A DNA stretch of 61,107 nucleotides, counting the filler, from an uncultured bacterium (GTDB lineage: Bacteria; Hinthialibacterota; Hinthialibacteria; Hinthialibacterales; Hinthialibacteraceae): assembly GCA_964449065.1 (NCBI GenBank). It is 4 parts of 4 records of this genome, joined end to end, with 100 filler letters (N's around TTAATTAATTAA, not from the genome) between each part and the next. Parts side by side here need not be neighbours in the genome. Positions count along the whole stretch, not along the records: positions 30,638 to 45,837 come from CAYVAZ010000103.1; 3 more parts are not named here. One strand, written 5' to 3'. A program made the translations under genes and the position numbers. Below are positions 30,906 to 40,589 of the stretch, one piece after another (within the stretch, counting starts at the first letter, position 1; the number at the start of each line of letters is the position of its first letter). The notes below the pieces were generated by a model that saw nothing but the letters and a program-made list of their open reading frames with translations, was not told the DNA's origin and did not search any database.

Positions 30906-32699
30906 ATGAATTCACCCAATCGTCCTTATCGTGAAATTACCCTTCAGGCGATGGTGCTTGGCGTGCTCATCGGTGTAATGCTGAGCGCTTGCTTTACTTA
31001 TGCGGGGCTTTTGATTGGCTTTACCATCGGCGGATCTGCTGTGGCGGCTATATTGGGATTTGGGATTCTGCGCGGCATTCTGCGCAACTGCTCCATCGTC
31101 GAAAACAACATCAACCAAACCATTGCTTCCTCCATCAATATTACTACTTCCGGCATCATTTTCACCATCCCCGCGTTTTACTTGATGGGCGTGGATTTCA
31201 ATCCGGTGTTGGTGGGACTGTCAGCCATTGCCGGGGCGCTCTTGGGCATCTTTTTTATTATCCCGATCCGCAAACAGCTGATCGATCTTGACCGGCTGCG
31301 TTTCCCCACTGGAACCGCGGTGGCAACGGTGTTGAAGTCGCCCGGAGCAGGGATTCAAAAATCAATCATTCTTGCAGTAGGGATGATCATCAGTGCGTTG
31401 GTGTATTTCTTCAGCCAATTTCCGGTCCGGCTTTTTAACGATACTTTATTGTTCGGTATCGATTTTACCGTGATTCCTCATGAAATTGATTTTGGCCCCT
31501 TCGATCCATTTCCACCGGATGTGGTAAATGTTTGGGCCATTAGCATGTTTTCTCTTGGAGCAGGGTTTATTTCCGGTAGGCCCGGCTTGGTCGTTCTTAT
31601 AGGCGGTATTCTCGCGTATTGGATCATTACCCCCTATGTCACTTTTATGGATTGGCTTCCCAATGAAATATCGGAGGCATATCATCAGTCCAAACGGGAT
31701 GGTGATACTGAAGTGTATGTTCAGTATGGTAAAGAAATCAGCGGATGGGTGCACGGCGCGATTAACCGTCCGCTGGGTATTGGGATGCTAATTGGCGGAG
31801 CCTTAACGGGAATCGCCCTGTCGCTACCGTCAATAAAGGCTTCGTTCGCCAGCTTAAAACGAATTGAGTTAAAGAACACCAGTCCGGAAGAAATGCCGTT
31901 GAAGTATTTGTATTATGGAATCGCGGCCGCGTTTGTTCTGCTATTCATCGCCACCTATTACACCGCTCCGGTTGGGGTTTGGCGCGCTCTTTTGGTGGCG
32001 GTCTTTGGCACGTTATGGTTGGGATTTGCGGGAGTGGTGGTGGCGCAGGCAACGGGGATGACCGACTGGTCTCCCATCAGCGGGATGGCTTTGTTGGGTG
32101 TGGTGATTGTTTTGATGATGACCAACCATTCGGTGGAGGCGGCTATTGTTGTCGGTGCTGCAATTGCTGTGGCAACCAGTATGTGCGCGGATATGATGCA
32201 GGATTTAAAAACCGGTTATCTTGTTGGTGCCACCCCCATTCGCCAGCAGTTTATGGAATTGTGCTTTGTAGCAATCGGCCCGGTTGTCAGCCTTACCGTA
32301 CTTGCATTGCTATGGAACAGCTTCGGTTTTGGGCCGGGGAAAGATCTCACCGCACCGCAAGGCCAGGCGCTGCAAGCGGCGATTGAAGGGATACAAGGCG
32401 GCAATGTACCGTGGCCCAAATACCTGAGCGGCGCCATAATCGGGGCAGCGGTATCGTTTACCGGCATTCCGGGGATTGGTGTGCTGATCGGGCTTTCTAT
32501 GTATCTGCCCATTCAATATATTCTGCCCTACGGATTGGGGTGTTTGGTCAATATGTTGTGTCTAAAGAGTGCAGGGAAACATTGGGTCAATGAAAAAGGT
32601 ATACCCTTTGCCGCCGGTTTGTTGGTGGGTGAGCCGTTGGTTGTCGTCGGTCAGTCATTGTTAATCATAAGCGGCGTAATTCTGCCGCCGGGTGGATGA
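30906..32699 (+). CDS. OPT/YSL-family oligopeptide transporter
   Basis: REITLQA, ENNINQTIAS, LRFPTGTA, SPISG, DMMQDLKTG motifs. Confidence 0.9.
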   Translation: MNSPNRPYREITLQAMVLGVLIGVMLSACFTYAGLLIGFTIGGSAVAAILGFGILRGILRNCSIVENNINQTIASSINITTSGIIFTIPAFYLMGVDFNPVLVGLSAIAGALLGIFFIIPIRKQLIDLDRLRFPTGTAVATVLKSPGAGIQKSIILAVGMIISALVYFFSQFPVRLFNDTLLFGIDFTVIPHEIDFGPFDPFPPDVVNVWAISMFSLGAGFISGRPGLVVLIGGILAYWIITPYVTFMDWLPNEISEAYHQSKRDGDTEVYVQYGKEISGWVHGAINRPLGIGMLIGGALTGIALSLPSIKASFASLKRIELKNTSPEEMPLKYLYYGIAAAFVLLFIATYYTAPVGVWRALLVAVFGTLWLGFAGVVVAQATGMTDWSPISGMALLGVVIVLMMTNHSVEAAIVVGAAIAVATSMCADMMQDLKTGYLVGATPIRQQFMELCFVAIGPVVSLTVLALLWNSFGFGPGKDLTAPQGQALQAAIEGIQGGNVPWPKYLSGAIIGAAVSFTGIPGIGVLIGLSMYLPIQYILPYGLGCLVNMLCLKSAGKHWVNEKGIPFAAGLLVGEPLVVVGQSLLIISGVILPPGG

Positions 32700-33306
32700 G
32701 ATGAACAAACAGGTTTCATACGTTTTGATGATCGCAGGGACAGTCGGCGCGTCGATTACCGCTGCCCGTACTCTTCCGAACGAACCGGGGTGGGAAAGCA
32801 CGTGGCAAATCAATACAGGCTTCTTTGTGTTTTCTTTGGCTGTATTGACCGTGGGTGTCATGATCAGCAGAATAAAAGACAAACCGTTGTTGGATGTTGA
32901 TTCCGAAACCCAAGAGGATTCTTCCATTCCCGATAGGTTTTTATTGGATGCAAAATCCGAACTGCAATCGCTGTTTCAGCAAAGCGGAGAGTTATCGACT
33001 CATGAACTGTATCAAAAACTCGGCACCATCATGCAAAATCATTTGCAGCCGTTTGAAGAAAACCGGCAGCACATCATCGATAAATACGGAATGGGAAAAT
33101 ACGCATTGGTTATGACCCCGTTTGCCGAGGCTGAACGTTACCTCAACCGGGCTTGGAGCGCCGCGGTTGATGAACACAAAGAAGAATCTGTAACCTACAT
33201 CGAACGCGCCGTTCCATCGCTGCAAGAGGCGTATGAAGAAATGGATAAACTCCAACAGGATTCATCCCGAGGCCAATCGCAAACGGCATATACCGTGCAT
33301 CCATGA
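32692..33306 (+). CDS. Hypothetical membrane protein coupled to the OPT gene
   Basis: Two TM segments, then a helical domain (FAEAERYLNRAWSAAVD); overlaps the OPT stop. Confidence 0.65.
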   Translation: MDEMNKQVSYVLMIAGTVGASITAARTLPNEPGWESTWQINTGFFVFSLAVLTVGVMISRIKDKPLLDVDSETQEDSSIPDRFLLDAKSELQSLFQQSGELSTHELYQKLGTIMQNHLQPFEENRQHIIDKYGMGKYALVMTPFAEAERYLNRAWSAAVDEHKEESVTYIERAVPSLQEAYEEMDKLQQDSSRGQSQTAYTVHP

Positions 33307-33420
33307 AGTGGGCTGTCACCGGGGCACTCTATCGAGGCCGTGCCTGGAATCGGGAAGACAAGAATTAATCTATCTTCCCTATCCAGAACCCTTTTATCGT
33401 TCCGCACGAAAAAACGATCT

Positions 33421-34878
33421 CTAAATTTTAAAACTCGGCACCATTGTCGCGCCGTATTGCTTCATCAATGAATTAAGGTGCTGCTGCAAGTCCTGCCGCA
33501 ATTCATAACTGGATGCGTCGCTGATCAAGTTGTTCATCTCTTTGGGATCATTGGATAAATCATACACTTCATCCAAATCAAACACGCCGTGATAGTGCAT
33601 GAACTTTTCGTTTTCCGTACGCACGCCCATCACTGTCGGGGTTTGCGGAAAGGCGGCTTCCCAGAAGTATTCATACAGCATGGCTTCCCGCCAGTTTACA
33701 TCTTCCCCGCGCAGAATCGGCAAGAACGATTCTCCCTGCACGCTTTCTGGAATTGGCGCGCCCGCGGCATCCAAGATGGTTGGGCAGATGTCAATATTTA
33801 AACCGATGCGGTCTGTCTCTTGATTGGGTTTGATCATCTCCGGGCAATGGGCGATCAGCGGAACGCGGATGGATTCTTCATACATACAGCGTTTGTCGAT
33901 GAGGCCATGCTCGCCGTGCAAAAAGCCGTTGTCACTCATAAACAGGACCAAGGTGTCTTCCAACTGCCCGGTTTCTTCCAGCGTATCCAGCACGCGGCCG
34001 ACGCTGTCATCCACCGCCAGCATGGTGCGGTTGTAATCCAGAATGAATTGATCGAAGTAGGTAAAGTCATGGTACATATAATCCACACCGTGCCAGCTGT
34101 GGCGTTGGCGGCGTACCCAGTTCGGTTTGCCTTCGTAGTTTTCTTTGGTGTCCGCCATGGAATCCGGAAATTGAATTTCGACATCCGAGTATTTGTCTTT
34201 ATGCCGTTCCGCCGGGAAAAACTCGGCATGAACCGCTTTATGGGATAGACACATATAATAAGGCTTGGTGTGGTCGCGTTTGATGTAATCCACCGCGTAG
34301 TCGGTCAGCATATCGGTGGTGTAGCCTTCATAATCATTGCGCTCACCGTTGATGTTTAACGTTGGATTGTAGTAACGCCCCTGCCCGCGGAAACTAACCC
34401 AATGGTCGAAGCCGGGACGCGGGTCATCCGAACTGCCGCCCATGTGCCATTTGCCTATGTAGGCGGTTTCATACCCGTTTTTCTGCAATTCCACCGGGAA
34501 GGTGGGTGTCCCTGCCGGCACGGGAGTTGAGTTGTTCATGACACCATGAACATGGGCATATTGCCCGGTTAAAACGCTGGCGCGGCTGGGGGAACACAAC
34601 GATGTGGTTACAAACGCGTTGTTGAACTTCATGCCATTGGCGGCCAGGCGGTCTAGGTTCGGGGTTTCCAAAAACGGGTGATTCATATTGCTCATCGAAT
34701 CAAAGCGCATGTCGTCGATGAAGATAAAGATGATATTGCGCTTTTTCTGCTGCGCCTGCGCGTCTGGTGTGTTGATGGTATTTACAAATGGAAAGGCTGC
34801 CGCGGCGGCCGCCCCGGTTTTCACAAAATCTCTCCGGCTGATTTGGCCGTTTTCTTTGGTGTATTGTTCTATTTTCAT
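33421..34878 (-). CDS. Tat-exported formylglycine-dependent sulfatase
   Basis: SRRDFVK; CSPSR; GKWHMG; SDNG. Confidence 0.93.
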   Translation of the reverse strand: MKIEQYTKENGQISRRDFVKTGAAAAAAFPFVNTINTPDAQAQQKKRNIIFIFIDDMRFDSMSNMNHPFLETPNLDRLAANGMKFNNAFVTTSLCSPSRASVLTGQYAHVHGVMNNSTPVPAGTPTFPVELQKNGYETAYIGKWHMGGSSDDPRPGFDHWVSFRGQGRYYNPTLNINGERNDYEGYTTDMLTDYAVDYIKRDHTKPYYMCLSHKAVHAEFFPAERHKDKYSDVEIQFPDSMADTKENYEGKPNWVRRQRHSWHGVDYMYHDFTYFDQFILDYNRTMLAVDDSVGRVLDTLEETGQLEDTLVLFMSDNGFLHGEHGLIDKRCMYEESIRVPLIAHCPEMIKPNQETDRIGLNIDICPTILDAAGAPIPESVQGESFLPILRGEDVNWREAMLYEYFWEAAFPQTPTVMGVRTENEKFMHYHGVFDLDEVYDLSNDPKEMNNLISDASSYELRQDLQQHLNSLMKQYGATMVPSFKI

Positions 34879-35272
34879 GGTTCTCTCCCCTAAATAATTC
34901 TTTCTGATTCTAAGGGAAAATATTGGTAAAATAAAGAGGTTTGGGATAGATATTCAACTGACAAGCAAATAATTTTGGTGCATGTTGTAACTTCTCTATA
35001 CCGCGAAAGATAAACCAACTCAATCCTAAAACGCTTAAACTTGCCCGCAACCCATCTTATGAAACCATCCAATGATTGGGGTGAATTAAAATATTTATGG
35101 ACTTAAAAAAATTATACCGACAAACATATAAATATGTGTATGTATCATATATGCATATAAATGAGTATGTTATGGAATATTTATTATTATTGTATATATA
35201 TGATAAATTCAGTTATGTTAATAATTTAATGTAATGCTATTAAATTATTAACATAATTTTTTTAAAAAAAAC

Positions 35273-35303
35273 TTGACAGTAAATGAGGGGGGGGGGCTAA
35301 TCT
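35273..35303 (+). promoter_or_regulatory. Sigma70-like promoter with a G10 tract in the spacer
   Basis: TTGACA 35273-35278; G10 35287-35296; candidate -10 TAATCT 35298-35303 (19-nt spacer); AT-rich upstream region; AGGAGG RBS downstream. Confidence 0.55.
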
Positions 35304-35344
35304 ATATAAATAATACGTTTTAAAAAAAAGTTAGGAGGAAAAAC

Positions 35345-35788
35345 ATGAAGAGATTTTTGGTTGTAAGTGGTTTTTTAAGTATCTTAACTGTTTATTTGTT
35401 GGTTTCAACGGGTGCAGCCTCATCAATGCGTGCATTGTCATTTGATGAGATGGAGAATTTGACAGGCGGGCAGACAACACCATGTACCTATTGTACGGAT
35501 TACAGTTGGAGAGTTAAAGGTGCAACACTTTGCGAAACGAATGGATATACCATAGTGTATGATGCCTTATGTCACCCTATCGGCGGCGATGATTGCGTTA
35601 ACCTTGATGAACTTGTGGATTGTAGTACCTGCATAAAAGAAGTGAAATATAAAAAAAACTCAGCTATTGATGGTGGAACTTCAGCAACGGTGCGTTCATT
35701 TTGCTGGGCCGGCACTCTTTATGATTGGAATTGCTCAGGAGGAGTAGAAATCGAAAGTACAATTATTGGAAGATTGACTTGCCCTTAA
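35345..35788 (+). CDS. Secreted Cys-rich precursor with double-glycine leader
   Basis: Signal peptide (about aa 1-25), then MRALSFDEMENLTGG, then a 105-aa core with 10 Cys. Confidence 0.75.
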   Translation: MKRFLVVSGFLSILTVYLLVSTGAASSMRALSFDEMENLTGGQTTPCTYCTDYSWRVKGATLCETNGYTIVYDALCHPIGGDDCVNLDELVDCSTCIKEVKYKKNSAIDGGTSATVRSFCWAGTLYDWNCSGGVEIESTIIGRLTCP

Positions 35789-35837
35789 AAGTAAAATTGT
35801 AAATGAATAAAAAAACCAATAACGAGAGGAAATAAAC

Positions 35838-36815
35838 ATGTTTGGAGTAATTAAAAAAACGACAATATATCTGGCAATATTCTTAACAACTGTCATATCA
35901 GTACAAGCACAATCCGAAACGGTTAAAGAACTCTTCCAAGCGGTAGATCAATCCATTTCCGGGGTAAAAATAACTACGCGGTCTACCACGATCACTCCGA
36001 AAGAACGATATAATGATATGGCGGCAATGAATCGAAACAATGCATTAATTAGACAAAGACAAACAAAAGAAAGAGTCGCACGAAGAAGTGAGAAAGTTGA
36101 GTTTAATTTTCCGGATGTGGAAGAAAGTTACCCCATGGCAACAGAAGATGTGTATAAAATAACTGAAAAAGAACTCATCTATGCGAATGGAGAAATACAA
36201 ATGACAGCCGAAATCTCCCCGGATTCGGCTGGAGGCAGTCAATTTATTCGACAAACGGTTTTGTTGGGATTAACGGAAGACATAACAATTATCTTTCACA
36301 AGGTGTCGAATGATACACTGGACCCGGCAATCGAACCTTTTGCTAGGATAGAGAAAAAACCAATCCCGACCAAGTTGTTTTCAAGAGGGGCACACGCATA
36401 TGGCAGAGGCTTATCCTCTTTTTCGGGAACCAACATGGTTATGTCCAAAGATACAGAGTCAGCGAACGAAGATAAATACATCATTTCCATTGAGGCTGGA
36501 AGTAATGAGCCGGAATTTACACATGCGGTTATTCATGTGGATAAATCCAAAGGATTTTGTTGGACGGATGCGTATTTTTATAATCAAGAAGTCTTGAAAG
36601 AGGAGCTTCATGCGTCTGATTTTCGATTGGTTGATGGGTACTGGTTCCCGTTTCACATGGAAAGCACTTTTTATCTTCCGGAAAGTGATAGAACAGAAGA
36701 AAACATTATAAACCACAGATCATTTTCTGAAATTACGTCGTTGGAAATCGATCCATCTTTAACTCTAAATGCGGAAAGTTTGATCACGCCAGATATGAAA
36801 GTTTACCGCCGATAG
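35838..36815 (+). CDS. Secreted hypothetical protein with LolA-like C-terminus
   Basis: Signal peptide ending VQA; C-terminal VDKSKGF...SDFRLVDGYWFPFHME pattern; GAGG RBS. Confidence 0.55.
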   Translation: MFGVIKKTTIYLAIFLTTVISVQAQSETVKELFQAVDQSISGVKITTRSTTITPKERYNDMAAMNRNNALIRQRQTKERVARRSEKVEFNFPDVEESYPMATEDVYKITEKELIYANGEIQMTAEISPDSAGGSQFIRQTVLLGLTEDITIIFHKVSNDTLDPAIEPFARIEKKPIPTKLFSRGAHAYGRGLSSFSGTNMVMSKDTESANEDKYIISIEAGSNEPEFTHAVIHVDKSKGFCWTDAYFYNQEVLKEELHASDFRLVDGYWFPFHMESTFYLPESDRTEENIINHRSFSEITSLEIDPSLTLNAESLITPDMKVYRR

Positions 36816-36914
36816 AGACTCAAAAATTGACGACGGGTGGGGTCTAATTGTGAAAAAAAAACAATTAGACCCTTCTTATTCCGTTTATCCAACCGCAATG
36901 CAGAGGATGATTCC

Positions 36915-38369
36915 ATGATACATAAGATCAAAAGAATTTTATTCTTGTTGATTCTATCTACTTCCAGTTTTGGTGCCCATAGCCAATACGAGACAGGAAA
37001 CAAGAATACTTGGCCTGATTTGGAAAACCATTCCGCTTACCATTACAAACGGTATCCCTGCGGTTTTAATGCCATGTATTATCTTCTTCAGCGATTGGAC
37101 AGGATGGCACAACTGAATGATGATGACAAAGAAACCTTATTAAAGATACCGGATATCGCAACTTTTAATCATTTACGGGAAATTAGCGGGAAGATAGGCG
37201 TTACATTGGAAGGGTTTCAAGTTACCTATAGTGAAATAAATGACTTTTCACTCATGATGACCATATTAGATGATGAACAGTATCAAGAAAATCATTATGT
37301 GGTGATTGAAAAAATAGATGATTCGGATCGATGGCTGGTGACGGATTGGCCTAATGCAAGATATACGCTTACTTCGAGTGAATTGCAAAAAATCACAAAT
37401 GGTTTCGTATTGGTTCCGGTCGAAAGCGTTGCAGAGTCCATACCCGGCCCGATACTCGTTGTGGATAGAAATCCAATAAATGTAGGAGATCATGAAAAAG
37501 ACGAAGTGTTCAATTTGCGTTATAAAGTATTCAATTATGGAACGAAACCCTTGACCATAGACGCAATAAATAGCACTTGCCAATGCACCATTCCAAATCT
37601 AAACCAAAAGTCAATAATGCCGGGTCAAAGCGAACTGTTCACAGTGGAAGTTACTACTTCTGAAAAAACTGGTGAGTGGAACGAATTCATCACGCTAAAA
37701 TGCAATGACACATATTTACCATCACCTGTAATAACTGTTTCCGGTAACAGTAAGCCATTATGGGAAATTTCAAAGGAAAAAATAGCATTTCGATATACTA
37801 CATTGTTTGACATCCGGGAAAAACAGATCGAATTAACCATAAAATTCAATACAAAAAAAGAATTACATCCGGATGATTTTATGATTGAAATTTTGTCAGA
37901 TACGTTTTTTCAATATCAAATCAATTCTCAATTGTTGGCCATGAAAAGGTCTGGTTTGACAAAGTCCTTTAAATATATGTTTACTTTGAATACGGATATG
38001 CTTGTCCCATTACTCGTTGATGGTGTTGTGATTATACAACACAAAACAAAGCCAGACATTGATATCAGAATCCCGCTATTTATACATCCCCCTAAAGATT
38101 TTCGGATTTATCCACAACCAGCAACACTTACATTAAATCAACCCGCATCTATTGAACTACAGGCTGGAGCAATCGACTTGGGAAATACAAAGATCATTTC
38201 TGATTTAGATTTTGTAACCGTAAGTAATGTAAGCACAACCAATCAAACTAATAACATGACTATCACAATTTATAAAGATTATAAGGAAAGTTTCCTGCCA
38301 TTAACCCTTATCAATGGTGATAGAAAAGCTACTATTGGCATTCCGGTGTTTTCAAGTACTTTATTTTAG
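36915..38369 (+). CDS. Secreted peptidase C39-like domain fused to DUF1573 Ig-like domain
   Basis: Signal peptide from ATG 36915; CGFNAMY...NHYVVIE...VTDWP (C-H-D); FNYGTKPLTIDAINSTCQCT...IMPG. Confidence 0.75.
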   Translation: MIHKIKRILFLLILSTSSFGAHSQYETGNKNTWPDLENHSAYHYKRYPCGFNAMYYLLQRLDRMAQLNDDDKETLLKIPDIATFNHLREISGKIGVTLEGFQVTYSEINDFSLMMTILDDEQYQENHYVVIEKIDDSDRWLVTDWPNARYTLTSSELQKITNGFVLVPVESVAESIPGPILVVDRNPINVGDHEKDEVFNLRYKVFNYGTKPLTIDAINSTCQCTIPNLNQKSIMPGQSELFTVEVTTSEKTGEWNEFITLKCNDTYLPSPVITVSGNSKPLWEISKEKIAFRYTTLFDIREKQIELTIKFNTKKELHPDDFMIEILSDTFFQYQINSQLLAMKRSGLTKSFKYMFTLNTDMLVPLLVDGVVIIQHKTKPDIDIRIPLFIHPPKDFRIYPQPATLTLNQPASIELQAGAIDLGNTKIISDLDFVTVSNVSTTNQTNNMTITIYKDYKESFLPLTLINGDRKATIGIPVFSSTLF

Positions 38370-38423
38370 TTGATAAAAGACTGAAAACGTTCTGCTATAT
38401 CCATCCAACTATCATTATCAAAT

Positions 38424-39170
38424 TTAATTTTCCCCCATGGGCTGCATGTTGCCGATCAGTTCCCAGCGGTTTTCCGCCCGGCGAACTTCCCATCCCTTGG
38501 GTTTGAATGTGCGGATTATCTCACGCGCCATCAAGCGGTTGCCGCGCGGGTTCATGTGCACGCCATCGGTGGTTAGCAGCTTTTCATCGTTTAACTTCAT
38601 TTCATACAGTTTCGTGAACGTGGCGAACAAATCGCACAATAGTACGTCTTGCTCTTTGGCTAGTTCACGCAGAAAGTCGTTGTATTTTCTTAACTTCTGG
38701 TTTTCTTTGCTGTCTACATTTTCATAGATGGGGGTGGCGGTTAACAGCAATACCTTTGCACCGGCATTTTTGCAGCGATTCACGATTTCGGTCATGTTTT
38801 TCTTATAGTCAGGCAATTCAACACCTTCGGGCTCAAACTTAAATTGATGCCACACATCGTTTACCCCGCATGAGATGCTGACCCAATCGGGATTGTGGCT
38901 GAGCACATCATCCTGCAGCCGCGCCAGCATATCGTTCGACTTATGCCCGCTGATGCCCGCATTGACGGCTTTGATTTCATAGCCGTTTACCCCGCAAAAG
39001 AGCTTGATCAGCGAGATGTAGCCTTCGGGCTTGGAAGCCGCTTGTGTGATGCTGTCACCCAAGAAAACGACCGTATCTCCGTCTTTCAGCATAAATTCAT
39101 TTTGGCTTAATGTCGTGCTTTCACTTAAAACCACCAGAAATAACCCTAAAAATAGCGATAAAATCTTCAT
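38424..39170 (-). CDS. SGNH/GDSL hydrolase
   Basis: FLGDSIT, NAGISG, GVND, DGVH. Confidence 0.92.
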   Translation of the reverse strand: MKILSLFLGLFLVVLSESTTLSQNEFMLKDGDTVVFLGDSITQAASKPEGYISLIKLFCGVNGYEIKAVNAGISGHKSNDMLARLQDDVLSHNPDWVSISCGVNDVWHQFKFEPEGVELPDYKKNMTEIVNRCKNAGAKVLLLTATPIYENVDSKENQKLRKYNDFLRELAKEQDVLLCDLFATFTKLYEMKLNDEKLLTTDGVHMNPRGNRLMAREIIRTFKPKGWEVRRAENRWELIGNMQPMGEN

Positions 39171-39316
39171 ATTGTTACCCTCTTATGTTATGATTGTCTA
39201 ATACTACCATATTTTGGAAGCGTTGACAAAGAGCCGGAAATGCAAATTACCGTAAAAAAATGGGCATTTTTTGTGGATGATTTTTGATCCGTATGATATA
39301 GTTTTGTGTACGGTGA

Positions 39317-39416
39317 NNNNNNNNNNNNNNNNNNNNNNNNNNNNNNNNNNNNNNNNNNNNNNNNNNNNNNNNNNNNNNNNNNNNNNNNNNNNNNNNNNNN
39401 NNNNNNNNNNNNNNNN
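39317..39416. other. Assembly gap (100 N)
   Basis: N-run. Confidence 0.99.
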
Positions 39417-39700
39417 GATATGCTCCTGCGATGAATGTGTGTGATTCGGCTTACTGCTGAAAAAGGGATAGAAAAGCGGATACATTTAAAATTTGTCAAT
39501 ATGATGGGGCTATCTTTTATATATAGCCTATTCATATACAATAGCGAATTTGGGTTTAAGCTATTCGGGGATAGTGGCTTGCATCCAATTTTCACCGTTT
39601 TTATTTTAACAAAATTTTACAATCTTTTGTATATCCCCGTTGTTGCTTTGAACAGAAGCGATATTGTTGCAGCACACAGCCTATATTAAAGAGAGCGGCT

Positions 39701-40567
39701 ATGATGGACGGAAGACTTTATAACGACAGAAATAAGTCGCGCAAAAAGCGCGGGTTTTCGATGATTGAGATGATCATCGTTATTGGTATCTTAGGCATCA
39801 TGATTGGCGTGGGTGCCACCAGTTTTGTGACCCAGGCCAACCGCAACCGCCTCAATACCACCAGCCGCATCATCTCCACCACCCTGCAGCAGGCGCGCCA
39901 GATGGCGATTGCGATGCGCCAAGACCGGCGGGTTGCAATTGACGCGGGAGAGTTGGACGGCTTTTCGAACAATGATATATCCGGTGTGCGGATTGAACCG
40001 GCCCGGATTTGGATTGAAGGCAAACGCTGTGAGCAGCTCCCATTCAGCGCGAACGCCGCGTGTCAAGGCGGCGGTACCGATCTTCCCAACGCCATTGAAT
40101 TGACCGATACCGAAAATTTGCCGGATGGCGTGATGATTGGGTTTGATGATGAAGTGCCCGGTATAGATGGCCCCAATATCTTTTATGTGGAATTTAGCCC
40201 GCGCGGTAATGTCAGCAAAGTGTATTATGAGGATGAAGAGCAAGAAACGCTTCCTAATTTTCATGAAGCGGTCATCTTTGTTATACGCGACAATGAGTCC
40301 TTCCAGCTGCGAAGCGGTACCGTGGATTATCATACTTTAGTCAATAATGGCAGAAGCCTTCCAGAATTTGAATTCAATCAAGGGGATGATAGAAGCAATA
40401 CGAACGAAGAAGTGATCCGCGAAGATTTAGAGCGCTATGACATCAACACCGTTGAAATCATCCGCTTAACCGGACGCACGCGTACGTATGATTATGCGGT
40501 TTTAGGTCCGTTCCCCTTGGACCATCCACCCGAATCAACAGATTTTGACCCTGATCTTAGACAATAG
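39701..40567 (+). CDS. Prepilin-type protein, GspH/FimT-like
   Basis: KKRG|FSMIEMIIV class III signal; LQQARQMAI. Confidence 0.8.
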   Translation: MMDGRLYNDRNKSRKKRGFSMIEMIIVIGILGIMIGVGATSFVTQANRNRLNTTSRIISTTLQQARQMAIAMRQDRRVAIDAGELDGFSNNDISGVRIEPARIWIEGKRCEQLPFSANAACQGGGTDLPNAIELTDTENLPDGVMIGFDDEVPGIDGPNIFYVEFSPRGNVSKVYYEDEEQETLPNFHEAVIFVIRDNESFQLRSGTVDYHTLVNNGRSLPEFEFNQGDDRSNTNEEVIREDLERYDINTVEIIRLTGRTRTYDYAVLGPFPLDHPPESTDFDPDLRQ

Positions 40568-40589
40568 GCGATAAGAGAGGAAAAGCATC

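Noticed and set aside
35345..35788. Lanthipeptide or sactipeptide precursor call
   Set aside because: No LanM/LanB/LanC, radical SAM or YcaO gene in the island; a signal peptide and an even Cys count favour disulfides.
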